A stretch of 55,191 nucleotides of DNA from an uncultured Candidatus Saccharibacteria bacterium (GTDB taxonomy: Bacteria > Patescibacteriota > Saccharimonadia > Saccharimonadales > CALMSM01), in assembly GCA_937872425.1 (NCBI GenBank), contig CALMSM010000149.1, positions 1 to 55,191 of the forward strand, given 5' to 3'. The notes under the pieces are model-generated. The model did no database searches and was not told the origin of the DNA. It saw only the letters and a list, made by a program, of their open reading frames with translations. The position numbers and the translations under genes are program-made. The first letter of the stretch is position 1; every line of letters starts with the position of its first letter. Below, in pieces: positions 9,114-17,984 of this stretch.

Positions 9114-9373
9114 GATGTGGATAAGGCTGTGGATGAATTTCTTAAATCTCAATTCGAGGTATTTGCTTTGGTTGAATCGTTGATTGTGTTCCAGGTGAAA
9201 TGATGAAACAATCGATTGCAGAGTTTGCAGCTTCAATAAAGGATTTGCAAATTGCCCTAGCAAAGAGCGTTCCCACCTTGTTTTTTCGGATTGTAAGTTT
9301 TTTGGATTGGTTAAGCCGAACTATAGATGAAATTTCATCTACTCTAGTTGGATGGTGGTATCAGGTGAAATAA
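9114..9373. repeat. Direct repeat copy 2 (about 260 bp)
   Basis: Begins with a relic of the methyltransferase C-terminus (DKAVDEFLKSQFEVFALVESLIVFQVK) and then a second copy of the small ORF. Confidence 0.85.
9200..9373 (+). CDS. Small ORF (57 aa) inside repeat copy 2, not in ORF track
   Basis: Paralog of 8515-8691 with an in-frame 3-nt deletion. Confidence 0.35.
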   Translation: MMKQSIAEFAASIKDLQIALAKSVPTLFFRIVSFLDWLSRTIDEISSTLVGWWYQVK

Positions 9374-9606
9374 TGGTCTACTTGCACTATGTTCGACATG
9401 GGATAATCTACATGGATGCGTGTGACGATACAGCGGAAGCCGTCGAACAGGCGGCATATCTGGAAGGAGATGGCCTGGCATCTGTCGATTGTGTCAAGGA
9501 TAGTGATGGTAACATTATCCTTGGTAATGCGATGTTGTGGAAGGGCATAGCGGGTATTTGGAGGGAATGGGATGAATCTAGCACAAGAAATGGCAAAGCG
9601 CCCTGA
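9373..9606 (+). CDS. Hypothetical protein (ORF track start 9352)
   Basis: TAATG overlap with the small ORF. 77 aa when counted from ATG 9373. Confidence 0.4.
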   Translation: MVYLHYVRHGIIYMDACDDTAEAVEQAAYLEGDGLASVDCVKDSDGNIILGNAMLWKGIAGIWREWDESSTRNGKAP

Positions 9607-10324
9607 GCCACCTAGTGATAGCTATGCGCCAAACTGGGATTACTGGCGGCATAATCTATGGAGCCGAGCGCAGACCGATGCACCTGAGAATTTTTACAAA
9701 TGGCCGTGCGTGTATCACACAATGCTCGTGGAGCACTGGCGTAGTATTATCACGGAGACCGAGTATAGGTATGTTCTGCGATTCATAGATGTTGACAAAT
9801 GGGCTTTAATACTAACCGAAGATGGCCGCAATCAAATCCACCAACTATACCACCTCCTCCGCTGGCAAGAAGCCAGCGGCAAGCGCATCGCAGATATGCG
9901 GTCAATCTGCGAGTTCGGCGGCGGCTATGGCGCTATGGCGTTGGTGTGCCACCGGCTAGGTTTCAAAGGCGACTACTACATCTATGACCTACCTGAGTTT
10001 TGTTTGCTTCAGCAATGGTATTTAGAGCAAAACGGCATCAAGGTCAAGCACTCAAGTGAGATTGTGCCGCTTGACGTTGAACTGATGATTGCTTGCTATT
10101 CATTAAGTGAAACCGATTACGCTGAACGTGATGAGTTTTTAGACATGGTACATGCAAGCAATCATTTGTTTCTCTACAGCAATAAATTTGAGAAGTTTGA
10201 CAACATCGATTATTTTCAGCAACTTGATTTTGGTGGTCACTGGCAACATAGCCATATTGAGCATTTGCCGCCTGAGAGTTGGTATAGTTTTGGATGGGGT
10301 GATGAGGCGAAATATCATGACTAA
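9572..10324 (+). CDS. Putative SAM-dependent (sugar O-) methyltransferase
   Basis: ICEFGGGYGAMALV is an ExGxGxG-like SAM motif; the ORF lies within the sugar island. Confidence 0.5.
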   Translation: MNLAQEMAKRPEPPSDSYAPNWDYWRHNLWSRAQTDAPENFYKWPCVYHTMLVEHWRSIITETEYRYVLRFIDVDKWALILTEDGRNQIHQLYHLLRWQEASGKRIADMRSICEFGGGYGAMALVCHRLGFKGDYYIYDLPEFCLLQQWYLEQNGIKVKHSSEIVPLDVELMIACYSLSETDYAERDEFLDMVHASNHLFLYSNKFEKFDNIDYFQQLDFGGHWQHSHIEHLPPESWYSFGWGDEAKYHD

Positions 10325-10829
10325 ATTTGTATCTGCCGTGCTTAGTTCACTGGCGCTCGTGATGTTTATGTCTGCCAAAGCCGACTCAACAGTCATTCAA
10401 TGGGACGGTAGCTGTTACAGTAGTGAGGTTGCTACTACCGGCCTTGTCACAATCACGAAAACTTACAACGGCTGGTATTATGATGTGTTGATGACCGGTA
10501 ATTTATCTATAGATGGCACGCCGGATTGGATACGGGCACAAGAATTACCGCCCGGTTTTCTACCTGACACAGACGACCTAACAATGTACGCCTGTGACAT
10601 TGCCTACAACAGTAATGATGTTCGATATTGGCCTATAAGCGCTGCAATGGATGGCACCTACGGCAACGGCGCATTGTATTTTGATAATCACAACGGTGCC
10701 TATGAATTACTCTGCAAGTGGCGCACCACGCAACGCAATCCGTCAATCAGCGTGTGGAATAGCTGCGCCGGTATCAAGGTGCTGAACTATGTACCGTTTC
10801 GCTTGTATGTGCCAGTGATGAGCAACTAG
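10317..10829 (+). CDS. Secreted Cys-containing protein (signal peptide)
   Basis: Internal start MTKFVSAVLSSLALVMFMSAKA/DSTV gives a classic signal peptide. The upstream part of the listed ORF overlaps the previous gene. Confidence 0.55.
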   Translation: MTKFVSAVLSSLALVMFMSAKADSTVIQWDGSCYSSEVATTGLVTITKTYNGWYYDVLMTGNLSIDGTPDWIRAQELPPGFLPDTDDLTMYACDIAYNSNDVRYWPISAAMDGTYGNGALYFDNHNGAYELLCKWRTTQRNPSISVWNSCAGIKVLNYVPFRLYVPVMSN

Positions 10830-11681
10830 ATGCTAGTCAATCTATTTGACTTCAACTTTCGTCAATCCGTGTGTTCGGTGGCCTATCAGACACCCGAACA
10901 TATCCAGTACGTGCGAGACCTGACCACGTTTGATGGTGTGACCATCTTCACCGATGGCTATATCACCGATGGCAGCGTTGACCGTGTACGTAGTCGGTAC
11001 AAAATCGCATGGTTGCACGAGCCATACTGTTTGCATCCTGACACCTATCAGGCAGCATTACTCGACGCACACAAGTTTGACCTGGTGCTGACCTACTATC
11101 AGCCATACTTAGACCTGGGGCGTAATTTTCGCTTTTGTCCCTATGCCGGCACGTGGATAGACAAAAAGGACTGGGGTATCAAGCCGAAAACGAAATTATG
11201 TTCCATGCTCATCGGTAACAAAATGAGCACAGACGGGCATCGCATCCGGCATGACATCGCCAACATGATAGAGCGCGAAGGATACCCCGTGGACTTTTAT
11301 GGCAGCCGTGGCACACCGGTTGGGTATGGGCAAGATACCAAATACAAGGTGCTGGCCGATTACGCTTTTAGTATTTGCACGGAAACATGCTACGAAGAAA
11401 ACTTGTTTACCGAATGGCTACTAGATTGTTTTGCGCTGGGCACAATCCCGATTTACTGGGGGTGCCCAAATCTCAAACGGTTCTTTATCCATGCTGGTAT
11501 AGAACAGTTTGGTTTGGTAAAATCACTGGGATTGTCTTATTTGGATATTGTTTTAACGATGTTGTCGATGAGAAGTTATGAGAATTTTATTGAGTCGGCA
11601 CACAACAATCTAAACATAATGCAAAAATACGCCGTTACCGAGGACTGGCTATACCTGAACATGCTAAAGGAATTTGAATGA
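10830..11681 (+). CDS. Glycosyltransferase with GT10 (fucosyltransferase)-like C-terminal motif
   Basis: YAFSICTETCYEENLFTEWLLDCFALGTIPIYWG resembles the FxLxFENSxxxxYxTEK...IP(I/V)YWG region of alpha-1,3-fucosyltransferases. Confidence 0.45.
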   Translation: MLVNLFDFNFRQSVCSVAYQTPEHIQYVRDLTTFDGVTIFTDGYITDGSVDRVRSRYKIAWLHEPYCLHPDTYQAALLDAHKFDLVLTYYQPYLDLGRNFRFCPYAGTWIDKKDWGIKPKTKLCSMLIGNKMSTDGHRIRHDIANMIEREGYPVDFYGSRGTPVGYGQDTKYKVLADYAFSICTETCYEENLFTEWLLDCFALGTIPIYWGCPNLKRFFIHAGIEQFGLVKSLGLSYLDIVLTMLSMRSYENFIESAHNNLNIMQKYAVTEDWLYLNMLKEFE

Positions 11682-11785
11682 TTTGTGACATAACGGTAGA
11701 GCATATACTTGCGCTAATTCTTGGGCAGATAATCGGCATGACAGTAATATTTATGGCATGGCAGTGTGTAAAAAAATATTTATGA
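11678..11785 (+). CDS. Micro-ORF, 35-aa hydrophobic peptide, not in ORF track
   Basis: MICDITVEHILALILGQIIGMTVIFMAWQCVKKYL. It has ATGA overlaps at both ends, bridging two enzyme genes. Confidence 0.3.
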   Translation: MICDITVEHILALILGQIIGMTVIFMAWQCVKKYL

Positions 11786-12858
11786 TCAACGTCTTCCAGC
11801 CAAACGCCGGTCAAGCCGAGCTGTCCGCCATCGCTGAAACGTTTGAATCCAACTGGCTAGGCAAAGGTAAGCGAGTTGCAGAGTTTGAGGCAGCTTGGGC
11901 CAAACACATCGGCACCACACCGGATCACGTTGTCTCAACCACATCAGCTACGGAAGGATTGTTCCAAATCTGTGAGCTAATCGGGTTGCACCGTGGCGAC
12001 AAAGTGATCATGCCAACCGTCTCATTTATCGGCGCTGCTAATGCCGTGCTTGCTACCGGCGCAACGCCTGTATTCTGTGACGTAGACCGATACACGCTGA
12101 ATCCTAGATTGTCTGATATTCAAGCGGTCTACACCAAACACACTTTTGCGCTTATCCTACTACACTATGGCGGCTCTACTCAGGAGCTGGGCGAGATTCG
12201 ATGCTGGTGCAATGAGAATGACGTGGTAATGATAGAGGATGCCGCTTGCGCGCAGGCTACAGTTTACCGAGGTAAAGCGGCTGGCACCTGGGGCAAGTTT
12301 GGCGTGTGGTCGTTCGATGCCATGAAAGTGATTACGACTGGCGACGGCGGCATGATATACTGTGAGGATGCCAACGACGCGAAACGTCTACGCCAGCGCA
12401 TGTATATGGGAATGGAAGAATCAAGCGGACTGAGTTCGACCGGGGATAAGTGGTGGAAATTTTCAACAAACCACCCTGGGCGGCGTGCTATCATGAATGA
12501 TATGGCGGCTGGTATGGGACTGGCACAGTTACCGAAGTTGGCCGGATTTATCGATAGGCGTAAAAGTATATCATCTGTATACCAAACGGTAGAGGGTGTG
12601 TATTTTGATTGTGGCATATTGCCGTATTATTTCTTTTGGATTCAAACGCTGAACCGTGATGGCCTCGCCAAGCATCTAAAAGCCAACAACATCTATACCA
12701 CCTTTCGTTACTACCCACTACACTGGGCGCTAAAAACCGGCGATAGCTTGCCCAACGCAGAATGGGCGGCAAACAACACGCTATTGTTGCCGCTGCACCA
12801 AGCGCTTAGTGATGACGATGTGATGTTCGTGTGCGATAAGGTTAAGGAGTTTTTTTAG
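11758..12858 (+). CDS. DegT-family sugar aminotransferase (Lys-type; perosamine-synthase-like class)
   Basis: VSTTSATEGL, MPTVSFIGA and IEDAACA motifs, plus SFDAMKVITTGDGG with the catalytic Lys present. Alternative start at ATG 11782. Confidence 0.8.
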   Translation: MAVCKKIFMINVFQPNAGQAELSAIAETFESNWLGKGKRVAEFEAAWAKHIGTTPDHVVSTTSATEGLFQICELIGLHRGDKVIMPTVSFIGAANAVLATGATPVFCDVDRYTLNPRLSDIQAVYTKHTFALILLHYGGSTQELGEIRCWCNENDVVMIEDAACAQATVYRGKAAGTWGKFGVWSFDAMKVITTGDGGMIYCEDANDAKRLRQRMYMGMEESSGLSSTGDKWWKFSTNHPGRRAIMNDMAAGMGLAQLPKLAGFIDRRKSISSVYQTVEGVYFDCGILPYYFFWIQTLNRDGLAKHLKANNIYTTFRYYPLHWALKTGDSLPNAEWAANNTLLLPLHQALSDDDVMFVCDKVKEFF

Positions 12859-13800
12859 TTGAGAGTTAAAATGATACCCTCCGCTCTCAACCTGACATCA
12901 GGCGAAAGCGGCATCCACACGATATGTAGAAAATGGACAGAGCACGGTGCATCTGTCGGCATTGATTTTGTGGAGCCAAATGAGTCAACCTATGATTTGC
13001 TAGCCGTTCATGCGGGCATGAGCAAAGAGTACGCCACAGCCAACGCTCCGCTGGTCAGTCACCTTCATGGAATCTATTGGACGGCGGATTACGATGCTCA
13101 CTACTGGGAGTGGAAAGCCAACCGGGATGTAATCGACTCTATCCGTTATGCCACATCCGTTACCGTGCCAAGCGCCTGGGTGGCTGAACCATTACAACGC
13201 GATATGCACCTGAATCCTTACATCCTACCGCATGGCATCGACTGGCAAGAGTGGCAGCACAAAGAGCCGAACGAAGGATACGTGCTGTGGAATAAAAACA
13301 GATCGGGTGTTGATGTATGTAGTCCCATTGCTGTGGGCAAGCTAGCGCAACGCTTCCTGCAAGTGCCATTTATGACCACCTTTGCACCAGACAACGCCAC
13401 GCCAAATATTAAGGCAACTGGGTTGCTTCCTCATGCCGAAATGAGGGTGGCTGTGCAACGGTCAGCGGTCTATCTGGCATCGGTCAAAGAAACGTTCGGC
13501 ATCGGCATTCTTGAAGCGATGGCTAGTGGCGTGCCGGTCTTGGGCTTTGCACATGGCGGCATTATGGAGATGGTCGAGCATGGCGTGAACGGCTATCTCG
13601 CCAGACCTGGCGATTATGAGGATTTAGCCGAGGGCCTAAACTATTGCTTAAAGCACCGTGATACGCTGGGCGCTAACGGGGCTGAACTTGCCAAGCTGTT
13701 TACCTGGCAAAGCGTCATGCTGAAGCTACGTGGCATCTATGACGCCACGCTTAGAATGTTGGCGCATGGCAGGCCGTACGCGATAGATGAGGGATCATGA
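12859..13800 (+). CDS. GT4-family glycosyltransferase (GT-B)
   Basis: The ETFGIGILEAMASGVPVLG...VNGYL motif (E-x7-E). Start is TTG 12859 or ATG 12871. Confidence 0.8.
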   Translation: MRVKMIPSALNLTSGESGIHTICRKWTEHGASVGIDFVEPNESTYDLLAVHAGMSKEYATANAPLVSHLHGIYWTADYDAHYWEWKANRDVIDSIRYATSVTVPSAWVAEPLQRDMHLNPYILPHGIDWQEWQHKEPNEGYVLWNKNRSGVDVCSPIAVGKLAQRFLQVPFMTTFAPDNATPNIKATGLLPHAEMRVAVQRSAVYLASVKETFGIGILEAMASGVPVLGFAHGGIMEMVEHGVNGYLARPGDYEDLAEGLNYCLKHRDTLGANGAELAKLFTWQSVMLKLRGIYDATLRMLAHGRPYAIDEGS

Positions 13801-14219
13801 GATTAGTTGAAATTTCCGAAGAAACGATACGCGAGCAGATTAAAGAATTGCCAGAGCGGTGGCTTCGGTACGCCACAGTACATAAATCTGAGGTGAATCC
13901 AATCCGGGGTGGAATAGATTGGAGTTTAGGCGCATACAGCACTGATGCAAACGAGGGGGACTGGAAAACTTTCCGGTGGAACGGTCTGACATGCGAGGAA
14001 ATATATAAGGGATTAAAAAATCTGCCAGATAATGCTGGCGATTCAGATGTCATAAAAATTATGGGCGAATATAGGATCAACGAATGGGTTAGGCTGCCAT
14101 TGTGTTGGTCTTGTCAATTAAGAATGAAAAAATATGTCGAATTAGCGGAGGATTCGGATAATGGTTCAATTTGTTTTTGTGAATCCTGTATACGAAAAGC
14201 GTTGCAATTACTGAAATGA
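13797..14219 (+). CDS. Hypothetical protein with C-terminal Cys cluster
   Basis: CWSC...CFCESC motifs; ATGA overlaps on both sides. Confidence 0.45.
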   Translation: MRLVEISEETIREQIKELPERWLRYATVHKSEVNPIRGGIDWSLGAYSTDANEGDWKTFRWNGLTCEEIYKGLKNLPDNAGDSDVIKIMGEYRINEWVRLPLCWSCQLRMKKYVELAEDSDNGSICFCESCIRKALQLLK

Positions 14220-16240
14220 CAGACATTTTACTGCCATTGCCATTGGTCAGTGTCGTGATCCCTTGTTACAACAAATCTGCATCTATTGCTCGTACTATTA
14301 GTAGCGTCAAGAGGCAGTCTTTGTCCAATCTTGAATGCATCATTGTTGACGATGGCTCTACTGACAATTCAAAAGAAATCATTCTGGACGCAATTAAGAA
14401 TGATCGTCGATTTCATTATATCTACCAGGATAATCAGCGCGTGGCGGCGGCACGGAATAAGGGATTTAGGCAATCAACGGGTCTCTATCTATGCATGCTC
14501 GACGGAGATGACGCCATAGCTCCCCTGTTTTTAGAGTTATGCGTTAGAGCGCTAGAGAATGATCGTTCGATGGGTATTGCCTATAGTGGATTGCATTACA
14601 TTTTACCAGATGGAGCGCAGGGTTTAAGCGGATGGCCGGGGCGATTTGATTACAATGTAGTCCTGACAGGCGGCAACCCATTACCGACCTGCAATGTCGC
14701 GCGGCGTGATGTGTGGGAACGAACAGGCGGACAACGGAGCCGATATTGCGAAAGTGGCGCTGGCGAGGAAGATGCTGAGATGTGGTTGCGCGTTGGCGCA
14801 TTAGGGTTCAATGCCATCCAGATTGAACCGGCTGCAACATTGGTTGATATATATGCCGAACTGAAAAAGGTTTTAGGTAGGGAGCCGACCAGGGATGAAA
14901 TCATAGGCACGGGACGAATCAATGGTGAAAATTACGAAAAAGCCGTTAATTCTATGTTTGTTTACTCGTGGAAGTCTGGTCAGGTGAGCGGTAATCCACA
15001 GCACGTAAAATCTAAATATCAATCAGGTCATCCGTGGATGACGGACAAGCGCCACCCGTTCGCTTCGATGGCGCCTGCGACAGAGGGTCGTCAATCGCAC
15101 GCCGTCCGGCAATACGATGAGCCAGCGGTATCGGTGATTATCCCCTGTGGGTCTGACCACGTGCAATATTTGGTAGATGCGCTGGACAGCCTTGAGGCGC
15201 AACAGTATCGCAAATGGGAAGCGATTGTCGTCTTTGACACAGGTGAACGCAATTATGATGCGCTGTTGATGGCTTACCCATTTGTGCGGCCAGTCTATAC
15301 CAACAAAGTAGGCGCTGGCGCCGCACGCAACGCCGGGGCAAAGATTGCTCGCGCCAAGCTGCTATTGTTCCTCGATGCCGATGACTGGCTTAGACCTATC
15401 ACGCTGGAGAAGATGCTAATAGCCTGGAACAATAGTCAAGCGATTATTTACGGCGATTACTACGGCCATGCATTTATTGAGCCAAAAGAAGCCGAGCGCC
15501 TGAAGATGGGCGAGCGCCTTGTATCTTACAACGCCAAAACGCAAGCGGCGGTGATGATTCACAATGCCTCGAATTATGATTGTGAGGAGGCCATTCGACA
15601 ACCACGCTTGATTAAGCCGGATCAGTTCTACATCTGGAACCTGATTTGTTCGCTTGTGCCTAAAGTGTGGCATGATGAAATTGGTGGCTTTGATGAATCA
15701 ATGGCGTCTTGGGAAGACTGGGATTACTGGCTTAGAATGGCGCGGGCGGGCAAGTGCTTCGAGCGCATCACAGAGCCGTTGGTCAATTATCGTTTTTATA
15801 CTGGAAACAGGCGTGAAAGTGGTAGACAAATTGCGGAAAGTCTGCTACAATATATGCGAAGAAAATATGAGGAGATTCCAGCAATGGCGTGTAGCGGGTG
15901 CGGTGGCGGTCGGCCACAACAACAGAATCCAGTAGTTCAGGCGGCGGCATTAGCCATGCCCTTACAGGCCAGCGGCCAACCGGCGCAAAATGTGACAAGC
16001 GCTGACATTGTGTGGGTGAAAGTGGCCGGCAATCGAGTTGGCACACGCCCAACAGTGGGTATGGTAACACGTCAGCAATATGGCTATAAGGATTCTAATA
16101 GCCCAGCGTTCAAAATGTTTCTGGCCGATGTTCGAGCACAACCGACCATTTACATGATTGTGCCTGACCCATCATCGGCTAGAGTGGCAGAATTGACACC
16201 ACAGCAACAGCCGTTGGGTGAGCCAATTAGGATTGCATAG
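14216..16240 (+). CDS. Two-domain GT2-family glycosyltransferase
   Basis: Two GT-A modules. The first is VSVVIPCYNK...IIVDDGSTDNS...DGDD; the second is VSVIIPCGSD...LDADDW...WEDWDYWLR. Confidence 0.85.
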   Translation: MTDILLPLPLVSVVIPCYNKSASIARTISSVKRQSLSNLECIIVDDGSTDNSKEIILDAIKNDRRFHYIYQDNQRVAAARNKGFRQSTGLYLCMLDGDDAIAPLFLELCVRALENDRSMGIAYSGLHYILPDGAQGLSGWPGRFDYNVVLTGGNPLPTCNVARRDVWERTGGQRSRYCESGAGEEDAEMWLRVGALGFNAIQIEPAATLVDIYAELKKVLGREPTRDEIIGTGRINGENYEKAVNSMFVYSWKSGQVSGNPQHVKSKYQSGHPWMTDKRHPFASMAPATEGRQSHAVRQYDEPAVSVIIPCGSDHVQYLVDALDSLEAQQYRKWEAIVVFDTGERNYDALLMAYPFVRPVYTNKVGAGAARNAGAKIARAKLLLFLDADDWLRPITLEKMLIAWNNSQAIIYGDYYGHAFIEPKEAERLKMGERLVSYNAKTQAAVMIHNASNYDCEEAIRQPRLIKPDQFYIWNLICSLVPKVWHDEIGGFDESMASWEDWDYWLRMARAGKCFERITEPLVNYRFYTGNRRESGRQIAESLLQYMRRKYEEIPAMACSGCGGGRPQQQNPVVQAAALAMPLQASGQPAQNVTSADIVWVKVAGNRVGTRPTVGMVTRQQYGYKDSNSPAFKMFLADVRAQPTIYMIVPDPSSARVAELTPQQQPLGEPIRIA

Positions 16241-16441
16241 ATGAATGACGAAATGAAAATCCTATTCAGCGACGAAAAAGATGGCAGCGTAAAAATTTTA
16301 TTTGTTGATCCTGCACTGTTGTCCTGCGGGCAAAACTTGAAGATAGACTTTACTGGCTGGACTAATTTGGATTTTCATTATCGGCCATCGACCCTCAGTA
16401 TAGCACGTAGTCAATTCGTAGCGAAGGAAAACGCTAGCTAG
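16241..16441 (+). CDS. Hypothetical protein (66 aa)
   Basis: Last ORF before the intrinsic terminator. Confidence 0.4.
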   Translation: MNDEMKILFSDEKDGSVKILFVDPALLSCGQNLKIDFTGWTNLDFHYRPSTLSIARSQFVAKENAS

Positions 16442-16489
16442 AACGATTCTAATCAGTACAATTAAATAGTACCCGCGTTCGTAGTTATG

Positions 16490-16526
16490 AGGCGCTATCT
16501 CAGAAATGGGATAGCGCCTTTTTTTA
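16490..16526 (+). terminator. Rho-independent terminator
   Basis: AGGCGCTATC (16490-16499) pairs with GATAGCGCCT (16510-16519) and is followed by a T7 run. Confidence 0.8.
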
Positions 16527-16535
16527 TTCAAAATT

Positions 16536-16838
16536 ATGGCTTATCTAATTTTAGCGCTGGCAACCTGGCGCATTACATCGCTACTCGTAAATGAATACGG
16601 GCCATTCAACCTATTAGAACGTATGCGCTACTGGTTAGGCGTGCGCTATGACGAAGATTTGAGGCGCATTGGTACGAACGTTGTAGCTGAAGCTTTTACG
16701 TGTGTGTGGTGCCTGTCGGTGTGGGTTGGACTGGTATTGTCTGTTGCGCTTTATGCCATGCCGGTTCTGTCGGTGTGGTTGCTTCTGCCTTTTGCGCTAT
16801 CGGCGGGCGCTATCGTTATTGATCGCCTGAAGGGGTAA
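16536..16838 (+). CDS. DUF1360-like small membrane protein
   Basis: ALATWRITSLLVNEYGPF...CVWCLSVWVG pattern with multiple TM segments. Confidence 0.5.
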   Translation: MAYLILALATWRITSLLVNEYGPFNLLERMRYWLGVRYDEDLRRIGTNVVAEAFTCVWCLSVWVGLVLSVALYAMPVLSVWLLLPFALSAGAIVIDRLKG

Positions 16839-16840
16839 AC

Positions 16841-17308
16841 ATGAATCAGGATGGTATTCGAGTTAAAGGTTTTTTCCGCCTTCATATTGAGGAGAACGGC
16901 GAGCTAGTTGGCGATTCCGGCTGGCGACAAAACCAGGTAACAAACGACGGGTTTAACAACTTTCTCTGCAAACTGCTAGGTGCTATTGCCGGTAGTAGTC
17001 AGATCACCCATGCGCTACTCGGTACAGGTGGCGCACCAGCGGCTAGCGATACAACGCTATCGGGTGAAGTGGTCAAGCGCCAAGCGATCACGGCGGCTAC
17101 ATCAAGCACAAGCAAAACCGTGCAATTTACGGCCACTTTCAGCAGTGCTAACAGCTTCGTAACAGCGACCGCCAACATCAGCAATATTGCGTTGGCGGCT
17201 ACGAGCACGCAAGGTGCTGCTACTATTTTCGCAGGAAATACTTATGCCAGTAGTTCGGTAGCGACAAATCAAAATGTCAACGTGACATACAGTATTACAT
17301 TTGCTTAA
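16841..17308 (+). CDS. Ser/Thr/Ala-rich 155-aa protein of unknown function
   Basis: The C-terminal 90 aa are dominated by S/T/A/N (AATSSTSKTVQFTATFSSANSFVTATANIS...). It lies between sugar-island genes. Confidence 0.45.
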   Translation: MNQDGIRVKGFFRLHIEENGELVGDSGWRQNQVTNDGFNNFLCKLLGAIAGSSQITHALLGTGGAPAASDTTLSGEVVKRQAITAATSSTSKTVQFTATFSSANSFVTATANISNIALAATSTQGAATIFAGNTYASSSVATNQNVNVTYSITFA

Positions 17309-17357
17309 ACAGTAAGTTTTATCATTTTTTATTTCCAAGTGAGGACGCGCAAGGAAA

Positions 17358-17984
17358 ATGAACATTAACAAATTGTTGGAAAAAAACAGCGGTATTCGAC
17401 TCGACATTGGGTGCGGCGGCAATAAGCAGCACGGCTTCGTGGGTATGGACGTGCGAGACTTGCCCGGCGTGGATATTGTGCATGATGTGACGATGTTTCC
17501 GTGGCCGCTGCCAGACGAATCAGTTTTGACAGCCATCGCTAGCCACCTGCTTGAGCATATCCCGCCATTTCAGGCCGACCCGAAATTGCTTGGATTAATT
17601 CGTCTCTTGATTGACAAAGGGCTAATTAGCCCCACAGAAGTTATGGAGTATGTGGGCATCTATAATACTGGCCCTATGTTCATTGCATTCATGGATGAAG
17701 CTTGGCGGGTGCTCAAAGTGGGCGGCGAGTTCGCCATAGCCGTACCACATGGTCGCAGCGATGGATTTTTGCAAGACCCGTCGCATTGCAACGCTATTAA
17801 TGAGGCGCGCTGGGCATATTTCGACCCGTTTGTTTTGGCTAATCCTGCCGATCCTAACACGCAGGGTCTATTGTGGAGTATCTACAAGCCTAAGCCGTGG
17901 CGCATCAAGCACCTTACGTGGTCTCCTGATGCCAACATTGAAGTTGTGTTGGTTAAGCGCAGTTTGGATGAGGTGGCATTATGA
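17358..17984 (+). CDS. Class I SAM-dependent methyltransferase
   Basis: LDIGCGGNKQHGFVGMD motif I and the SHLLEHIP motif. Confidence 0.75.
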   Translation: MNINKLLEKNSGIRLDIGCGGNKQHGFVGMDVRDLPGVDIVHDVTMFPWPLPDESVLTAIASHLLEHIPPFQADPKLLGLIRLLIDKGLISPTEVMEYVGIYNTGPMFIAFMDEAWRVLKVGGEFAIAVPHGRSDGFLQDPSHCNAINEARWAYFDPFVLANPADPNTQGLLWSIYKPKPWRIKHLTWSPDANIEVVLVKRSLDEVAL

